From a bacterium (lineage in GTDB: Bacteria > J088 > JAWLBW01): DNA of 35,841 nucleotides. The notes under the pieces were generated by a model. The model had not been told where the DNA came from. It made no database searches and worked only from the letters and a program-made list of their open reading frames with translations. Position numbers and translations under genes: made by a program. Of this stretch, positions 1-8,255 are shown piece by piece (positions within the stretch are counted from its first letter, which is position 1; each line of letters begins with the position of its first letter). Location: assembly GCA_041690355.1 (NCBI GenBank), contig JAWLHK010000015.1:62001-97841 (forward strand). Direction: 5' to 3'.

Positions 1-45
1 CCTTTCACGGCGAGGACAGGGGTTCGAATCCCCTTGGGGACGCCA
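1..45 (+). tRNA. tRNA-Glu(UUC), 3' portion (truncated by window start)
   Basis: Anticodon loop CTTTCAC (TTC), T-arm AGGGG-TTCGAAT-CCCCT, acceptor end GGGGACGCCA with encoded CCA; closely resembles canonical bacterial tRNA-Glu. Confidence 0.95.
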
Positions 46-50
46 TCTTG

Positions 51-84
51 AGGCCACTCGGAGTTACTTCCGGGTGGCCTTTTT
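51..84 (+). terminator. Rho-independent terminator after tRNA-Glu
   Basis: AGGCCACTCGGA...TCCGGGTGGCCT stem followed by a T-run; abuts the stop of the convergent NTase gene. Confidence 0.85.
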
Positions 85-769
85 ACATTCTTGATAGCCT
101 TTCGAGACGCTGGCCGACTTTCGCAAAGCGGGTGTCCTCCTGGCCGTCTCTATCCAGCTGTGCGTAAACGAGTTCTTCCCAATACGGCTGGGTCAAGGCG
201 GCCTGGGCGCGCTCACGAAGGAAATCGCGCACTTCATTCGAGCAGGCCACGATTGCGCTTTCGAAAGGTTCCGCTTCTGCAAGCAGGGTGACGATGTCTT
301 CCCAATCGTGACTGGCCATGTAGTCCTCTTTGCCGCGATCGAGGAAAGCCTCAAACTTACAAGCGAGAAAGAGGGGCAGCGGAAATACCTGAATTTCAAC
401 TTCGTCTACCACGCGGGATATCCGTTCCCGCATTCCCTCCGCATACCAGCGATTGCTGAAACCATACTCCTGTCCCACAGGCATGATGTCGACCTTAATC
501 CCGCGGTATCTCCATCGGCAAATCGGCGCATCTTCAGAGTTGTCATGGGAAAAGCCGAGGCTTCGCAGGCGCTTTTCCACGTTGTGCATCGGCCCAAGCA
601 TGGCTTCGATAACGCAATCAACGTCATCCGTCACGCGGATATCGACTTGCGCGTGGCTGTCCAGATAGACCCCAATGGCTGCACCACCAACAAATGCGGC
701 GTGGTGTCGAAGTTCCGCAAGACCCTTCGCAACTTCGACAAGCATATCGAGTGCCGAATTACGACGCAT
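83..769 (-). CDS. Nucleotidyltransferase (Pol-beta superfamily), AbiEii-like putative type IV toxin
   Basis: FVGGAA...RVTDDVD (GG + DxD) motif, later DIMP and K..A...R...D.ED helical motifs; start set at ATG 769 (MRRNS), which overlaps the stop of the upstream gene. Confidence 0.75.
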   Translation of the reverse strand: MRRNSALDMLVEVAKGLAELRHHAAFVGGAAIGVYLDSHAQVDIRVTDDVDCVIEAMLGPMHNVEKRLRSLGFSHDNSEDAPICRWRYRGIKVDIMPVGQEYGFSNRWYAEGMRERISRVVDEVEIQVFPLPLFLACKFEAFLDRGKEDYMASHDWEDIVTLLAEAEPFESAIVACSNEVRDFLRERAQAALTQPYWEELVYAQLDRDGQEDTRFAKVGQRLERLSRM

Positions 770-1325
770 AATTGATTGATGATGAAGCGGCAAGCCTTTG
801 ATGCAGTTCTTCAGCGGCCAGCACGCGTTCACGAGAACGACCGATCCGAAGCGCATCGACAAGGGCAAGCAGTTCGTGTAGTTCTGGGTCTTTCTGCGCG
901 GCTGGTGGCGCAGAGGGATGCAGGGGAATCAGGATATCGCCTTGTGCGGGCCCACCGGAATATTCCCAGACATAGTTTTCGGATGCCAGTATGCTTCGAT
1001 TCAGGGGGGCGCTTGAGTGTGCCGTGGGGATTCCGCGTCTACATGGGCCGATCGATGCAGGGAAAGCATACTTCATACCATGAAGCAGAAACTCTTCCAG
1101 CGACCTCCGAGCAACCTTTACCTGAGCTTCTTTCGAACCTTTAACGGCTAATCGTGCAGCCTTCGCGCGCGAAATCGCTTCAAAAGCAACTGAACTGCTG
1201 ATGCCTAGTTCATCGGCTAGTGACTGGTAACTCCAGGAGTTCTTTCGATTTTCTTCGACGACCAGTTTCAACAGAACGAAGATGTCTTGTGACTTGAGGG
1301 CCAGTCCTTTTGATTCCTGTCTCAT
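759..1325 (-). CDS. HTH-containing protein, AbiEi-like putative type IV antitoxin/autoregulator
   Basis: N-terminal winged HTH (SYQSLADELGISSSVAFEAISR), C-terminal L.ELLALVDALR.GR.RER motif; coupled to the NTase gene. Confidence 0.7.
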   Translation of the reverse strand: MRQESKGLALKSQDIFVLLKLVVEENRKNSWSYQSLADELGISSSVAFEAISRAKAARLAVKGSKEAQVKVARRSLEEFLLHGMKYAFPASIGPCRRGIPTAHSSAPLNRSILASENYVWEYSGGPAQGDILIPLHPSAPPAAQKDPELHELLALVDALRIGRSRERVLAAEELHQRLAASSSINYAS

Positions 1326-1330
1326 GCGGT

Positions 1331-1360
1331 CATTCTAAATTCGCGAATAAAGAATGTCAA
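1331..1360 (-). promoter_or_regulatory. Sigma70 promoter TTGACA-17-TAGAAT overlapped by a 26-bp palindrome
   Basis: Minus strand: -35 at 1360-1355, -10 at 1337-1332, ATG 6 nt further; palindrome CATTCTaaATTCGCGAATaaAGAATG (1331-1356). Confidence 0.8.
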
Positions 1361-1543
1361 CCAGAGCACGCACGAACGCGAGACCCCCCCTGCCGAGCGA
1401 AATTGCTCCGACCCATGGATGGGCTCGGGCGAACGGGATCGACCGTTTCTATTCGTGTTGCCGACGGCTGGAAGCAGCGCCCCCTCCTTTCGTCAGGACA
1501 GGTTCCAACAACCCCGAGCCTGCGAGGCGTCGCTTCGGGCGGA

Positions 1544-1581
1544 TTGCAGCTGGAAACGCCTGCACGTATAATACACGTATA
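1544..1581 (+). promoter_or_regulatory. Sigma70 promoter of the MazEF-type module with repeated operator-like motif
   Basis: TTGCAG (1544-1549)-17-TATAAT (1567-1572); CACGTATA at 1563-1570 and 1574-1581. Confidence 0.65.
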
Positions 1582-1588
1582 GGCTCGC

Positions 1589-1819
1589 GTGCAGAAAAAA
1601 CTCACGATAACAGTTGATGAGTCGGTCTACGAAGGGCTTTACCGGAAAGTGGGTCCGCGGCGAATCAGCCAATTCATTGAGGCGCTCGTCCGCCCCCATG
1701 TGCTCGGCGAAGACCTGGCGTCTGCCTATGCTGAAATGGCCGCTGACGAAGAGCGTGAGACGGTGGCCGAAGACTGGAGCGATGCCTTGATCGAGGATGT
1801 CGCCGATGAGACGCGGTGA
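1589..1819 (+). CDS. Type II TA antitoxin (MazE-like, RHH-type)
   Basis: 76 aa, KKLTITVD N-terminal strand, acidic C-terminus ([12 protein letters not shown]...W); overlaps the toxin start. Confidence 0.8.
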   Translation: MQKKLTITVDESVYEGLYRKVGPRRISQFIEALVRPHVLGEDLASAYAEMAADEERETVAEDWSDALIEDVADETR

Positions 1820-2129
1820 GGTCTGGTGGGTTAATTTCGGTCCCTCTGTCGGCGGTGAGATTCAGAAGCAGCGGCCTGCGGTGATTGTCAGCACTGACGC
1901 AGCCAATGAACACCTGAACCGTGTACAGGTCGTTCCTCTGACGAGTAACGTTGCCCGGCTCTTTCCGAGTGAAGCTTTCGTGGAGTTAGGCGGGAAACGC
2001 AGTAAGGCGATGGCCGATCAGATTGCGACCGCAAGCAAATCGCGGCTCGTCCGAAGGGCCGGTGTCCTCTCTGCAACCGATATGGCCGGCGTCGAGCTGG
2101 CGCTCAAGACGCACCTCGGGTTGCTTTAG
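1806..2129 (+). CDS. mazF: PemK/MazF family endoribonuclease toxin
   Basis: [32 protein letters not shown] motifs. Confidence 0.92.
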   Translation: MRRGEVWWVNFGPSVGGEIQKQRPAVIVSTDAANEHLNRVQVVPLTSNVARLFPSEAFVELGGKRSKAMADQIATASKSRLVRRAGVLSATDMAGVELALKTHLGLL

Positions 2130-2144
2130 GGCGTCGAGGCGCGC

Positions 2145-2196
2145 CCCTCGCTGTCGACCTCCGCGCCACTCCGTTCGCTCAGCTCGGAACGAACGG
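2145..2196. repeat. REP-like repeat copy 1 (52 bp)
   Basis: 45/52 identical to 2603-2654; ends in GCTCGGAACGAACGG. Confidence 0.75.
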
Positions 2197-2258
2197 TTAT
2201 TGGACCGGCAAATCGTCAATTGAAAATCAGTCGTGTCCAAAATAGGTTCAGCGGGTGA

Positions 2259-2458
2259 CCGTTCGGCCTGAGGAGCCGGGCCTTGGGAACCGAAATTCGA
2301 TTTGGCTGCATGGTCTCGCAAGGGCGACGTCGCCGGCGTCTCGAAGGCCCAGCACCGCATGAACAGCGTGTTCAGGAGCTTGAAAACCCGCCATTGACTA
2401 TGTCTTCGAGCAAGGTCGCGCAGACACTCTGGCCCCTCGACCACCTCGGGGCGAACGG
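2259..2458. repeat. 200-bp element bounded by imperfect inverted repeats (REPIN/MITE-like)
   Basis: CCGTTCGGCCTGAGG (2259-2273) vs CCTCGGGGCGAACGG (2444-2458), 13/15 complementary; inner TCGAAGGCC / GGCCCCTCGA pairing. Confidence 0.55.
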
Positions 2459-2602
2459 ATATCCGCAAGTTTATGGAGGTGCCAACCTGCTTCATGGAAG
2501 GGACGAGTCCGACAGCGAACCTGGCGGAATCTCACGGCTTCAGCTTGCCGCCGTTACGCTTCTTGGACAGCAATGATTGAAAATCGTCAATCGAATGGCG
2601 CT

Positions 2603-2654
2603 CCCTCGCCGTCGACCTCCGCTCCACTACGGTTGGTCAGCTCGGGACGAACGG
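2603..2654. repeat. REP-like repeat copy 2 (52 bp)
   Basis: Direct repeat of 2145-2196. Confidence 0.75.
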
Positions 2655-2676
2655 AACAGAGCAGGGCAGAGCAGGC

Positions 2677-4902
2677 TTACTTCGCCGCCGCTTCGGCGGC
2701 TTCCCAGACCCGGATGAGGGCTTCGGCCGAGCGGAACAGCGGCTCGAGATCGGCATCGGTGGTGCCGTCGCGGCGTACGTCTTCGACGTATTCCGGCAGC
2801 AGGCCGATGTGCACCATGCCCTCTTCGTTGAAGTCGACGACGCGCTCGCCCAGCGTGGGCTGCTCGAACGTGACTCCGCCGTCGTAGGACTTGAACGGAT
2901 ACGTGATCGGGTTTACCTGGGGCGTCGAGCAGCCTTCGGGACCGAAGCGCGGACCCGGCCCCCCGGCGAATCCGTTGAAGTCGAAGGCGAGCGGCTGCGC
3001 GGGATTACCGTTGGCCGCTTTGATCTCCGCGGCCATCGCGAGAAAGCCCTCGGCCATTCTGCCGGGTTGCGCGGGATCGCCGCAGCGGCCGAGGTTCGTG
3101 TCGCCGCTGCCGCCGTGACGGTAAATCATGCCGTCGAACTTGCTGCCGTGAGTCGAGATGGCCGGATACTTGTTGCGGTCGAGAATTTCGAGCGCCTCGA
3201 CCACCGACCATTGCGGCAGATGCGCGACGTCAATGACCATCCCGTACGCCATGAGCTCGTCGAACAGGGCGCGTCCCAGGTCGGTGAGGCCGAACGTCTG
3301 GCAATAGTCGCCCTCGAGCGAGCCCCCGGCCAGGTCGGGCAGAATCGGCAGCATGGTGAACACGGGATCCTCGGAGAGCTGCGAGATGTTGACCGGCGCG
3401 CGCGAGAAAAATTCCCCGCGCGGCTTGTTCAGGCCGCCCATGGTCACGCCGCCGCGATCGAAGCTCGTCCGGATTCCTGGACAGTCGAGCGTGAACGAAG
3501 AGTAGTGCCCGCTGTTGATGACGTTGCCGATTTCGAGCGCGCCGCGCATGCCGTCGCCGGCCGAGAAGCCGTTGTCGAACTTGTGTACCGGAAAGACGAC
3601 GCGTACGCCTTTTTCGTAATAGCGCTTGACCTGATCCTTGACGTGTTCCAGGGTGCACGCCGGCATCCCCGGGGGCGGCGTCAGAAAGCAGTCGAAGACG
3701 TTCGAGATCTCGATGCCGAGCACGACGGCGAGTTTCCCCTGGTTGATCTGGCGGCGCGCCTCTTCCGGCGTCTTGACGATGCGGAACCAGCCGAGCCCGG
3801 GTCCGCCCGAGAGCGCGTCGATATAGCGTTCCATGGCATGAGCCGCGTCAATCTGCAGATCGACGCTGACCATGTCGTTGCAGCCATAAGGCGCTTCCTG
3901 AGAGCCGAGGCCGACCATGAGCTCGCAGAGGGCCGAGTTGCCCGTCGCGTGCTGAAAGATGAGCCGCAGGCCCGCCATATAGGAGCGCTCGAGCCACCGG
4001 TAGTACTGCGTCTGGTGCGTGGGAATCTTGCGGGAGTTCGGCCACGAAGAAAATGTCGGATAACCGTCCGTTGCGTGGTTGAATGCGCCGACCGAGCCCT
4101 CGACGAGAATCCGCGGAAGCTTCAGGGGATCGAGCTCCCGGTCGCCACCGTAGAAGAAGCCGACGATGTCCCTCATGCCGTAGGTGCCGTGCTCTTCGTC
4201 GCAATCCCCCAGGGCGTGCTCGACGCCGAGGCGGTGAAACGGGGCCCCGTGAAAGACGCCGCCGCCGCCGAACCCCAGGTTGGTAAACAGATGCGAGTGG
4301 GCGTCGGCGAAGCCGTAGACGTCGCCGTCGGGCCACGGCTCGCTGCGCACGGTGCCGCTGGCATTCAGCGCCAGTTCGGGATAGACGCTGCAATCGGCGC
4401 GGGCCACAAGGCGCAGCGGCGGGGCCTCCTCGGCAGAAACGAGACCCTCCGCGCCCAGATAAAGACTGGAGTTCAGGTGGCGCAGGAGGTAAGGTGCCGT
4501 TTTTCCAGAAGGCCTTTCGAGAGCCCACTCGGCATCTGAGTAGCGGTGATGATAAGGGATGCGGATGTCGGACTTCCGGTGGGTGCGCCGCAGCGTCCAC
4601 GTCTCGTCCGAAGCGTCGGCGGCCGTCACGTAATGCCGGTCCTGATCGTACAGCAGGTAGTGGCCGAGGTCGCTCGGCTGCAGGCGGAATGCCGCCGCCC
4701 GCGCCGAACTCCCGGCCGCGAAGGTATAGCCGTCGTCGGCGCCGCGCAGGTAGCGGCCGTCTTCGAGCACGACGGCAAAGCACCCGCCGGCCAGCTCGTA
4801 CACCGGGTCTGTGGGGCCGGGCGTATCGGTCTTGCTGCAGCCGTGGAGAACGAAGGGGAGGAGGGCGAGGAGCGTGCTGAGTACTGGTTGCTTTATCCGC
4901 AT
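2677..4902 (-). CDS. Lipoprotein, membrane dipeptidase (peptidase M19)/amidohydrolase family with an N-terminal accessory domain
   Basis: Lipobox LHGC after a hydrophobic signal; GFADAHSH metal-binding motif, LGIE, PVHKFDN, IDVAH, STH, DFNG; start taken at MRIKQ. Confidence 0.7.
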   Translation of the reverse strand: MRIKQPVLSTLLALLPFVLHGCSKTDTPGPTDPVYELAGGCFAVVLEDGRYLRGADDGYTFAAGSSARAAAFRLQPSDLGHYLLYDQDRHYVTAADASDETWTLRRTHRKSDIRIPYHHRYSDAEWALERPSGKTAPYLLRHLNSSLYLGAEGLVSAEEAPPLRLVARADCSVYPELALNASGTVRSEPWPDGDVYGFADAHSHLFTNLGFGGGGVFHGAPFHRLGVEHALGDCDEEHGTYGMRDIVGFFYGGDRELDPLKLPRILVEGSVGAFNHATDGYPTFSSWPNSRKIPTHQTQYYRWLERSYMAGLRLIFQHATGNSALCELMVGLGSQEAPYGCNDMVSVDLQIDAAHAMERYIDALSGGPGLGWFRIVKTPEEARRQINQGKLAVVLGIEISNVFDCFLTPPPGMPACTLEHVKDQVKRYYEKGVRVVFPVHKFDNGFSAGDGMRGALEIGNVINSGHYSSFTLDCPGIRTSFDRGGVTMGGLNKPRGEFFSRAPVNISQLSEDPVFTMLPILPDLAGGSLEGDYCQTFGLTDLGRALFDELMAYGMVIDVAHLPQWSVVEALEILDRNKYPAISTHGSKFDGMIYRHGGSGDTNLGRCGDPAQPGRMAEGFLAMAAEIKAANGNPAQPLAFDFNGFAGGPGPRFGPEGCSTPQVNPITYPFKSYDGGVTFEQPTLGERVVDFNEEGMVHIGLLPEYVEDVRRDGTTDADLEPLFRSAEALIRVWEAAEAAAK

Positions 4903-4986
4903 GACGCCCAGAGTGTAACCGGGCGGGCCGCGGGCTAGCAAGACGGGCACTCGCCCGGTGAGGGCATTGTTGGACGGAATGCGCGC

Positions 4987-5358
4987 TCAGAAGATGGTCA
5001 CGAGGGCGGCGATTGCCCCGGCCAGGGCCGTCATGAGGCCGCCCAGCCTCACCAGAAGGCGCGATTCGAGGCGCGACTCGAACAGGCGCATCTCGCTGCG
5101 GAGTTCCGTGCGCAGCTCGGACATCTCGCTCCGGAGCTCGGTACGCAACTCGGACATCTCGCTCCGGAGCTCGGTACGCAGCAGATCCATCTTGGCTTCC
5201 AGCGCCGAACCCAGGGCCTTCAAGTCGTCTTTGGTGGCCAGGTGTTCAGCGATGAGAAGCAGATTTTCGTTCGCCAACGTGTCTGCCTGCCCTTCTGGCA
5301 TGCCTGCCTCGGTCAGCCGTCTGACGAAGGCGCGCGAATCGTACAGGGATGACGACAT
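4987..5358 (-). CDS. DUF1640/CCDC90-like coiled-coil membrane-anchored protein
   Basis: YDS..FV..L..AG....QA head, LATKDDL neck, repeated coiled coil, C-terminal TM helix. Confidence 0.8.
   Translation of the reverse strand: MSSSLYDSRAFVRRLTEAGMPEGQADTLANENLLLIAEHLATKDDLKALGSALEAKMDLLRTELRSEMSELRTELRSEMSELRTELRSEMRLFESRLESRLLVRLGGLMTALAGAIAALVTIF
5089..5182. repeat. 33-bp in-frame tandem repeat (about 2.8 copies) encoding SELRTELRSEM
   Basis: Units start at 5089, 5122 and 5155 (CATCTCGCT.CGGAG.TC.GT.CGCA.CTCGGA). Confidence 0.9.
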
Positions 5359-5523
5359 GCCTGGCTCCAGTCTAGCAGTGCGATCGGAAGTTCACGTGGA
5401 CTCCGCCGGCGATGATAGCACGGCCGCTCGCTTTTCGAGAAGAAAAATGCGCAATGGGTCGGGGGGGCAGGGGCCCCGGGGAGGCCGCTGGAGTCTTCGG
5501 GGCATCGCTGCTACAACATACGG

Positions 5524-6453
5524 ATGAGATTTCTCCTGCAGATTGCGCTCGCGGCTTTCCTGCCGGCGTCGCTCCTGAGCGGCTGCCTGCCGTACCTCTT
5601 TACGCCCGCCGGCACGCAGACCGTCGTCACGGAGTCGGGCGGCAAGGCCCGCGAATACCTGCTCTATGTTCCCCCTTCGGTCACGGGCGAGAAGCCCGCG
5701 CCGCTCGTCATCACGATCCACGGCTTCTCGCAGTGGCCGGCGCACCAGCTCTGGCTCAGCCGGTGGAACCGGTTGGCCGAAGCGAAGGGGTTCATCGCCG
5801 CGTATCCGTCGGGCACCGGGCTGCCCAAGCGGTGGACGATGCGCTACGATCCCGCGCCCGACGTGGCGTTCCTGCGGCACATGATCGCCGAGATCGCGCG
5901 GAATCATCGGGTGGACGCCACGCGCATCTACGTGAACGGTCTCTCGAACGGCGGGGGGATGAGCTACCTCCTCGCCTGCGAGCTGGCCGAGCACATCGCC
6001 GCCATCGGCGTGGTCGGGGGCGGATTCAGCGAGCCGCCGGGGGGCTGCCGTCCCGCGCGACCGATGCCGGTCATCGCCTTCCACGGCCGGGCCGATCGCA
6101 TCGTTCCGTACGAGGGGGGATCGTTTCCGCTGGCGCCCTTTGCCTTTCCGCGCATCGAAGACTGGGTCGCCGCCTGGGGCGGCCGCAACGGATGCGCGCC
6201 CGAGCCGGTGACGGCTGCCGTATCCGCGAACGTCCGTGCGCTGCGCTACGGGCCGTGCGCAGACCGCTCCGAGGTGATGCTGTACACCATTGAAGACGGC
6301 GGCCACACCTGGCCGGGCGGCGAAGAACTGCCCGTCTTCATCGCGGGGCATACCACGCAGGAAATCGACGCCACGCGTCTGATGTGGGCCTTCTTCGACA
6401 AGCACGCCCGCCGCCCGGGCGCTGCGACGGCGGCGACGTCGACCACGCCCTGA
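5524..6453 (+). CDS. Alpha/beta hydrolase, LpqC/PHB-depolymerase family esterase lipoprotein
   Basis: Lipobox LSGC, IHG, GLSNGG nucleophile elbow, HG.AD, GGHTWPG. Confidence 0.88.
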   Translation: MRFLLQIALAAFLPASLLSGCLPYLFTPAGTQTVVTESGGKAREYLLYVPPSVTGEKPAPLVITIHGFSQWPAHQLWLSRWNRLAEAKGFIAAYPSGTGLPKRWTMRYDPAPDVAFLRHMIAEIARNHRVDATRIYVNGLSNGGGMSYLLACELAEHIAAIGVVGGGFSEPPGGCRPARPMPVIAFHGRADRIVPYEGGSFPLAPFAFPRIEDWVAAWGGRNGCAPEPVTAAVSANVRALRYGPCADRSEVMLYTIEDGGHTWPGGEELPVFIAGHTTQEIDATRLMWAFFDKHARRPGAATAATSTTP

Positions 6454-6548
6454 TCGCGGCAGCCCACGGGGTCGCCCCGCGCCCTGCGGGCGTTCTGGGA
6501 TGACGATTTTCGTCCGGCGTCGGAGCATGGAGGCCGAGAGGTGCCGAC

Positions 6549-7256
6549 ATGCAAAAGTTCTGGATAGCGCTGGCCGCCGTAGTATTGTTTCCCCTTTCTG
6601 CCGCCGCTGACTTGTCGGGCGACCTGCGGGTCACCACGCGGGACCCCGAGGGTAAGACCATGACCCAGACAGGTAGAATCTACCTCGATGGGGAGCCCGA
6701 TTCGCCCCGGCGCGCGATGCGCATGGAACTGCAGCCCGAGGGGGCCCCCGAGAAGATGGTCTTTCTGACGCGCCCGCAGGACGAGGCGGTCTACATGATC
6801 ATGCCGTCTTCGAGAACGTACATGAAGATGAGCGTCGAAGAAGGGCGCGAAAAGGCCCCGACGCCTCCGGGCGGGGGCATGTCGCCCGAGGACTTCAAGG
6901 ACGTCGGCACCGAGCGGGTCAACGGACGCGAAACGGTCGTCAAGGAAGCTCCGATCCGCGAAGGAGAAAAGCAGGTGGGAACTGTCAGAGTCTATCTGGC
7001 CCCCGACTTGAAGAACGAGCCCATCAAGAGTGAAGTGCGCACGCAAGAAGGGCTGACGACGACCACGGTCATCGAAAATCCGAGTACCGACAGCGTGCCC
7101 GCCGATCTCTTCACGCTGCCGGCCGGCTACACCGAAATGGAGCTCCCCTCGATGAGCCAGATGATGAAGGGGATGGAAAAGGGAGCCCGGGAAGAAGCCG
7201 AAAAGGAGGCGCAGGAAGAGGCGCTCGAAGGGGTCCGCGACAAGCTTCCCTTCTGA
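6549..7256 (+). CDS. Secreted DUF4412-like (LolA-fold) protein
   Basis: Signal peptide, MRME, K..GTE.VNG, and ..LF.LP.GY motif; GAGGT RBS. Confidence 0.65.
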   Translation: MQKFWIALAAVVLFPLSAAADLSGDLRVTTRDPEGKTMTQTGRIYLDGEPDSPRRAMRMELQPEGAPEKMVFLTRPQDEAVYMIMPSSRTYMKMSVEEGREKAPTPPGGGMSPEDFKDVGTERVNGRETVVKEAPIREGEKQVGTVRVYLAPDLKNEPIKSEVRTQEGLTTTTVIENPSTDSVPADLFTLPAGYTEMELPSMSQMMKGMEKGAREEAEKEAQEEALEGVRDKLPF

Positions 7257-7403
7257 GAACGAAGTCATCGCCGCTGTACACGCGGCTGTTCACGCTGCTG
7301 CTCGCACGCGACCGCAGAATTCGCAGCTCCCGAATGGTCCCCTTGGCGTGACTGGCCGCCCCCCCGGCGCTATGGTATAACTCGGGGACAGGGGAGGAGC
7401 ACC

Positions 7404-7991
7404 ATGGCGCACATCGACCTCAAGAACGAGTTTCCCGGTATCGTCGGCCTCATGTACTACAAGGCGTCGACGGGAAAGGCCATGGCCGATCTGGCGCAGG
7501 CGGTGCTGCGCGGGCCGTCGTCGCTCACGCCGGGCGAGCGGGAGATCATTGCCGCCCGGGTCTCGAAGCTGAACCAGTGTGAATTCTGCTGGACGTCGCA
7601 CGCGGCCGCCGCGTCGGAGCTGAATCCGCAGCTCGGCGACGGACTGCTCCCCATCGTGCAGGGGGATGCGTCGGCGGCGGTCTCGCCGAAGCTGCAGAGC
7701 CTGCTGCGCATCGCCGAAAAGGTGCAGCAGAGCGGCCGCGCCGTGCTGCCCGAAGATGTGGGGGCCGCGAAGGCGCAGGGGGCCACCGACGAAGAAATTC
7801 ACGACACCGTGCTTGTGGCCGCCGCGTTCTGCTTCTTCAACCGCTGCGTCGACGGCCTGGGAACCAAGGTTCCCGACGACGTTTCTTTCTATGCGGAAAG
7901 CGGAAAATTTCTCGCGAAGATGGGGTACAAGCGCCCGAGCGCGATCGGCCGGTTCTTCATGAACCGCATGCTCAAGCGCCCCCGCGCCTGA
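7404..7991 (+). CDS. Carboxymuconolactone decarboxylase/AhpD family peroxidase-related protein
   Basis: ERE.IA..VS..N.CEFC..SH motif, FFNR.VDGLG; GGAGGAG RBS; TG-N-TATAAC upstream. Confidence 0.88.
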   Translation: MAHIDLKNEFPGIVGLMYYKASTGKAMADLAQAVLRGPSSLTPGEREIIAARVSKLNQCEFCWTSHAAAASELNPQLGDGLLPIVQGDASAAVSPKLQSLLRIAEKVQQSGRAVLPEDVGAAKAQGATDEEIHDTVLVAAAFCFFNRCVDGLGTKVPDDVSFYAESGKFLAKMGYKRPSAIGRFFMNRMLKRPRA

Positions 7992-8054
7992 CCCCGCCCC
8001 TTTCCCCCCCGCACGCTCGTCCGTGGCGACGGACGACCGTCGACCCAGGGACTG

Positions 8055-8138
8055 CCGCCTGAAGGCTTCCGCCCGAAGACTCCCGCCTGAAGATATCCGC
8101 CTCAAGGCTTTCGACTGAAGACTGAAGACTGTCGACTG
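8055..8138. repeat. Degenerate 14-bp (2x7) tandem repeat tract
   Basis: CCGCCTGAAGGCTT, CCGCCCGAAGACTC, CCGCCTGAAGATAT, CCGCCTCAAGGCTT, then GACTGAA heptamers. Confidence 0.8.
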
Positions 8139-8206
8139 ACCCCGCTATCGCTCTGCCTGAAAACCGGCCGAACCTTACGAACGGTGAGACGCGTCTGGTA
8201 AAAAGA

Positions 8207-8242
8207 GAAAGATATAGAAATCCATATATTTCAATTTCTTTC
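8207..8242. promoter_or_regulatory. AT-rich 15-6-15 inverted repeat, candidate repressor operator of sqr
   Basis: GAAAGATATAGAAAT-ccatat-ATTTCAATTTCTTTC, 13/15 complementary, ending 13 nt before the ATG. Confidence 0.6.
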
Positions 8243-8255
8243 ACGTGTGGGTCTT

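Noticed and set aside
770..868. N-terminal extension of the NTase ORF
   Set aside because: Lies inside the upstream gene; ATG 769 gives a typical short overlap
1986..2576. ORFs 1986-2495 (-) and 2283-2576 (+)
   Set aside because: They run through REP-like repeats, and the first overlaps mazF; no RBS or protein-like features
1..2676. Intact prophage/ICE or integron at tRNA-Glu
   Set aside because: No integrase, no attR duplication of the tRNA end seen, and no convincing RYYYAAC...GTTRRRY attC structures after the TA genes
7276..7313. Short GCTGTWCACGC-like repeats after the DUF4412 gene
   Set aside because: Only two to three degenerate 12-bp units; could be chance in GC-rich DNA
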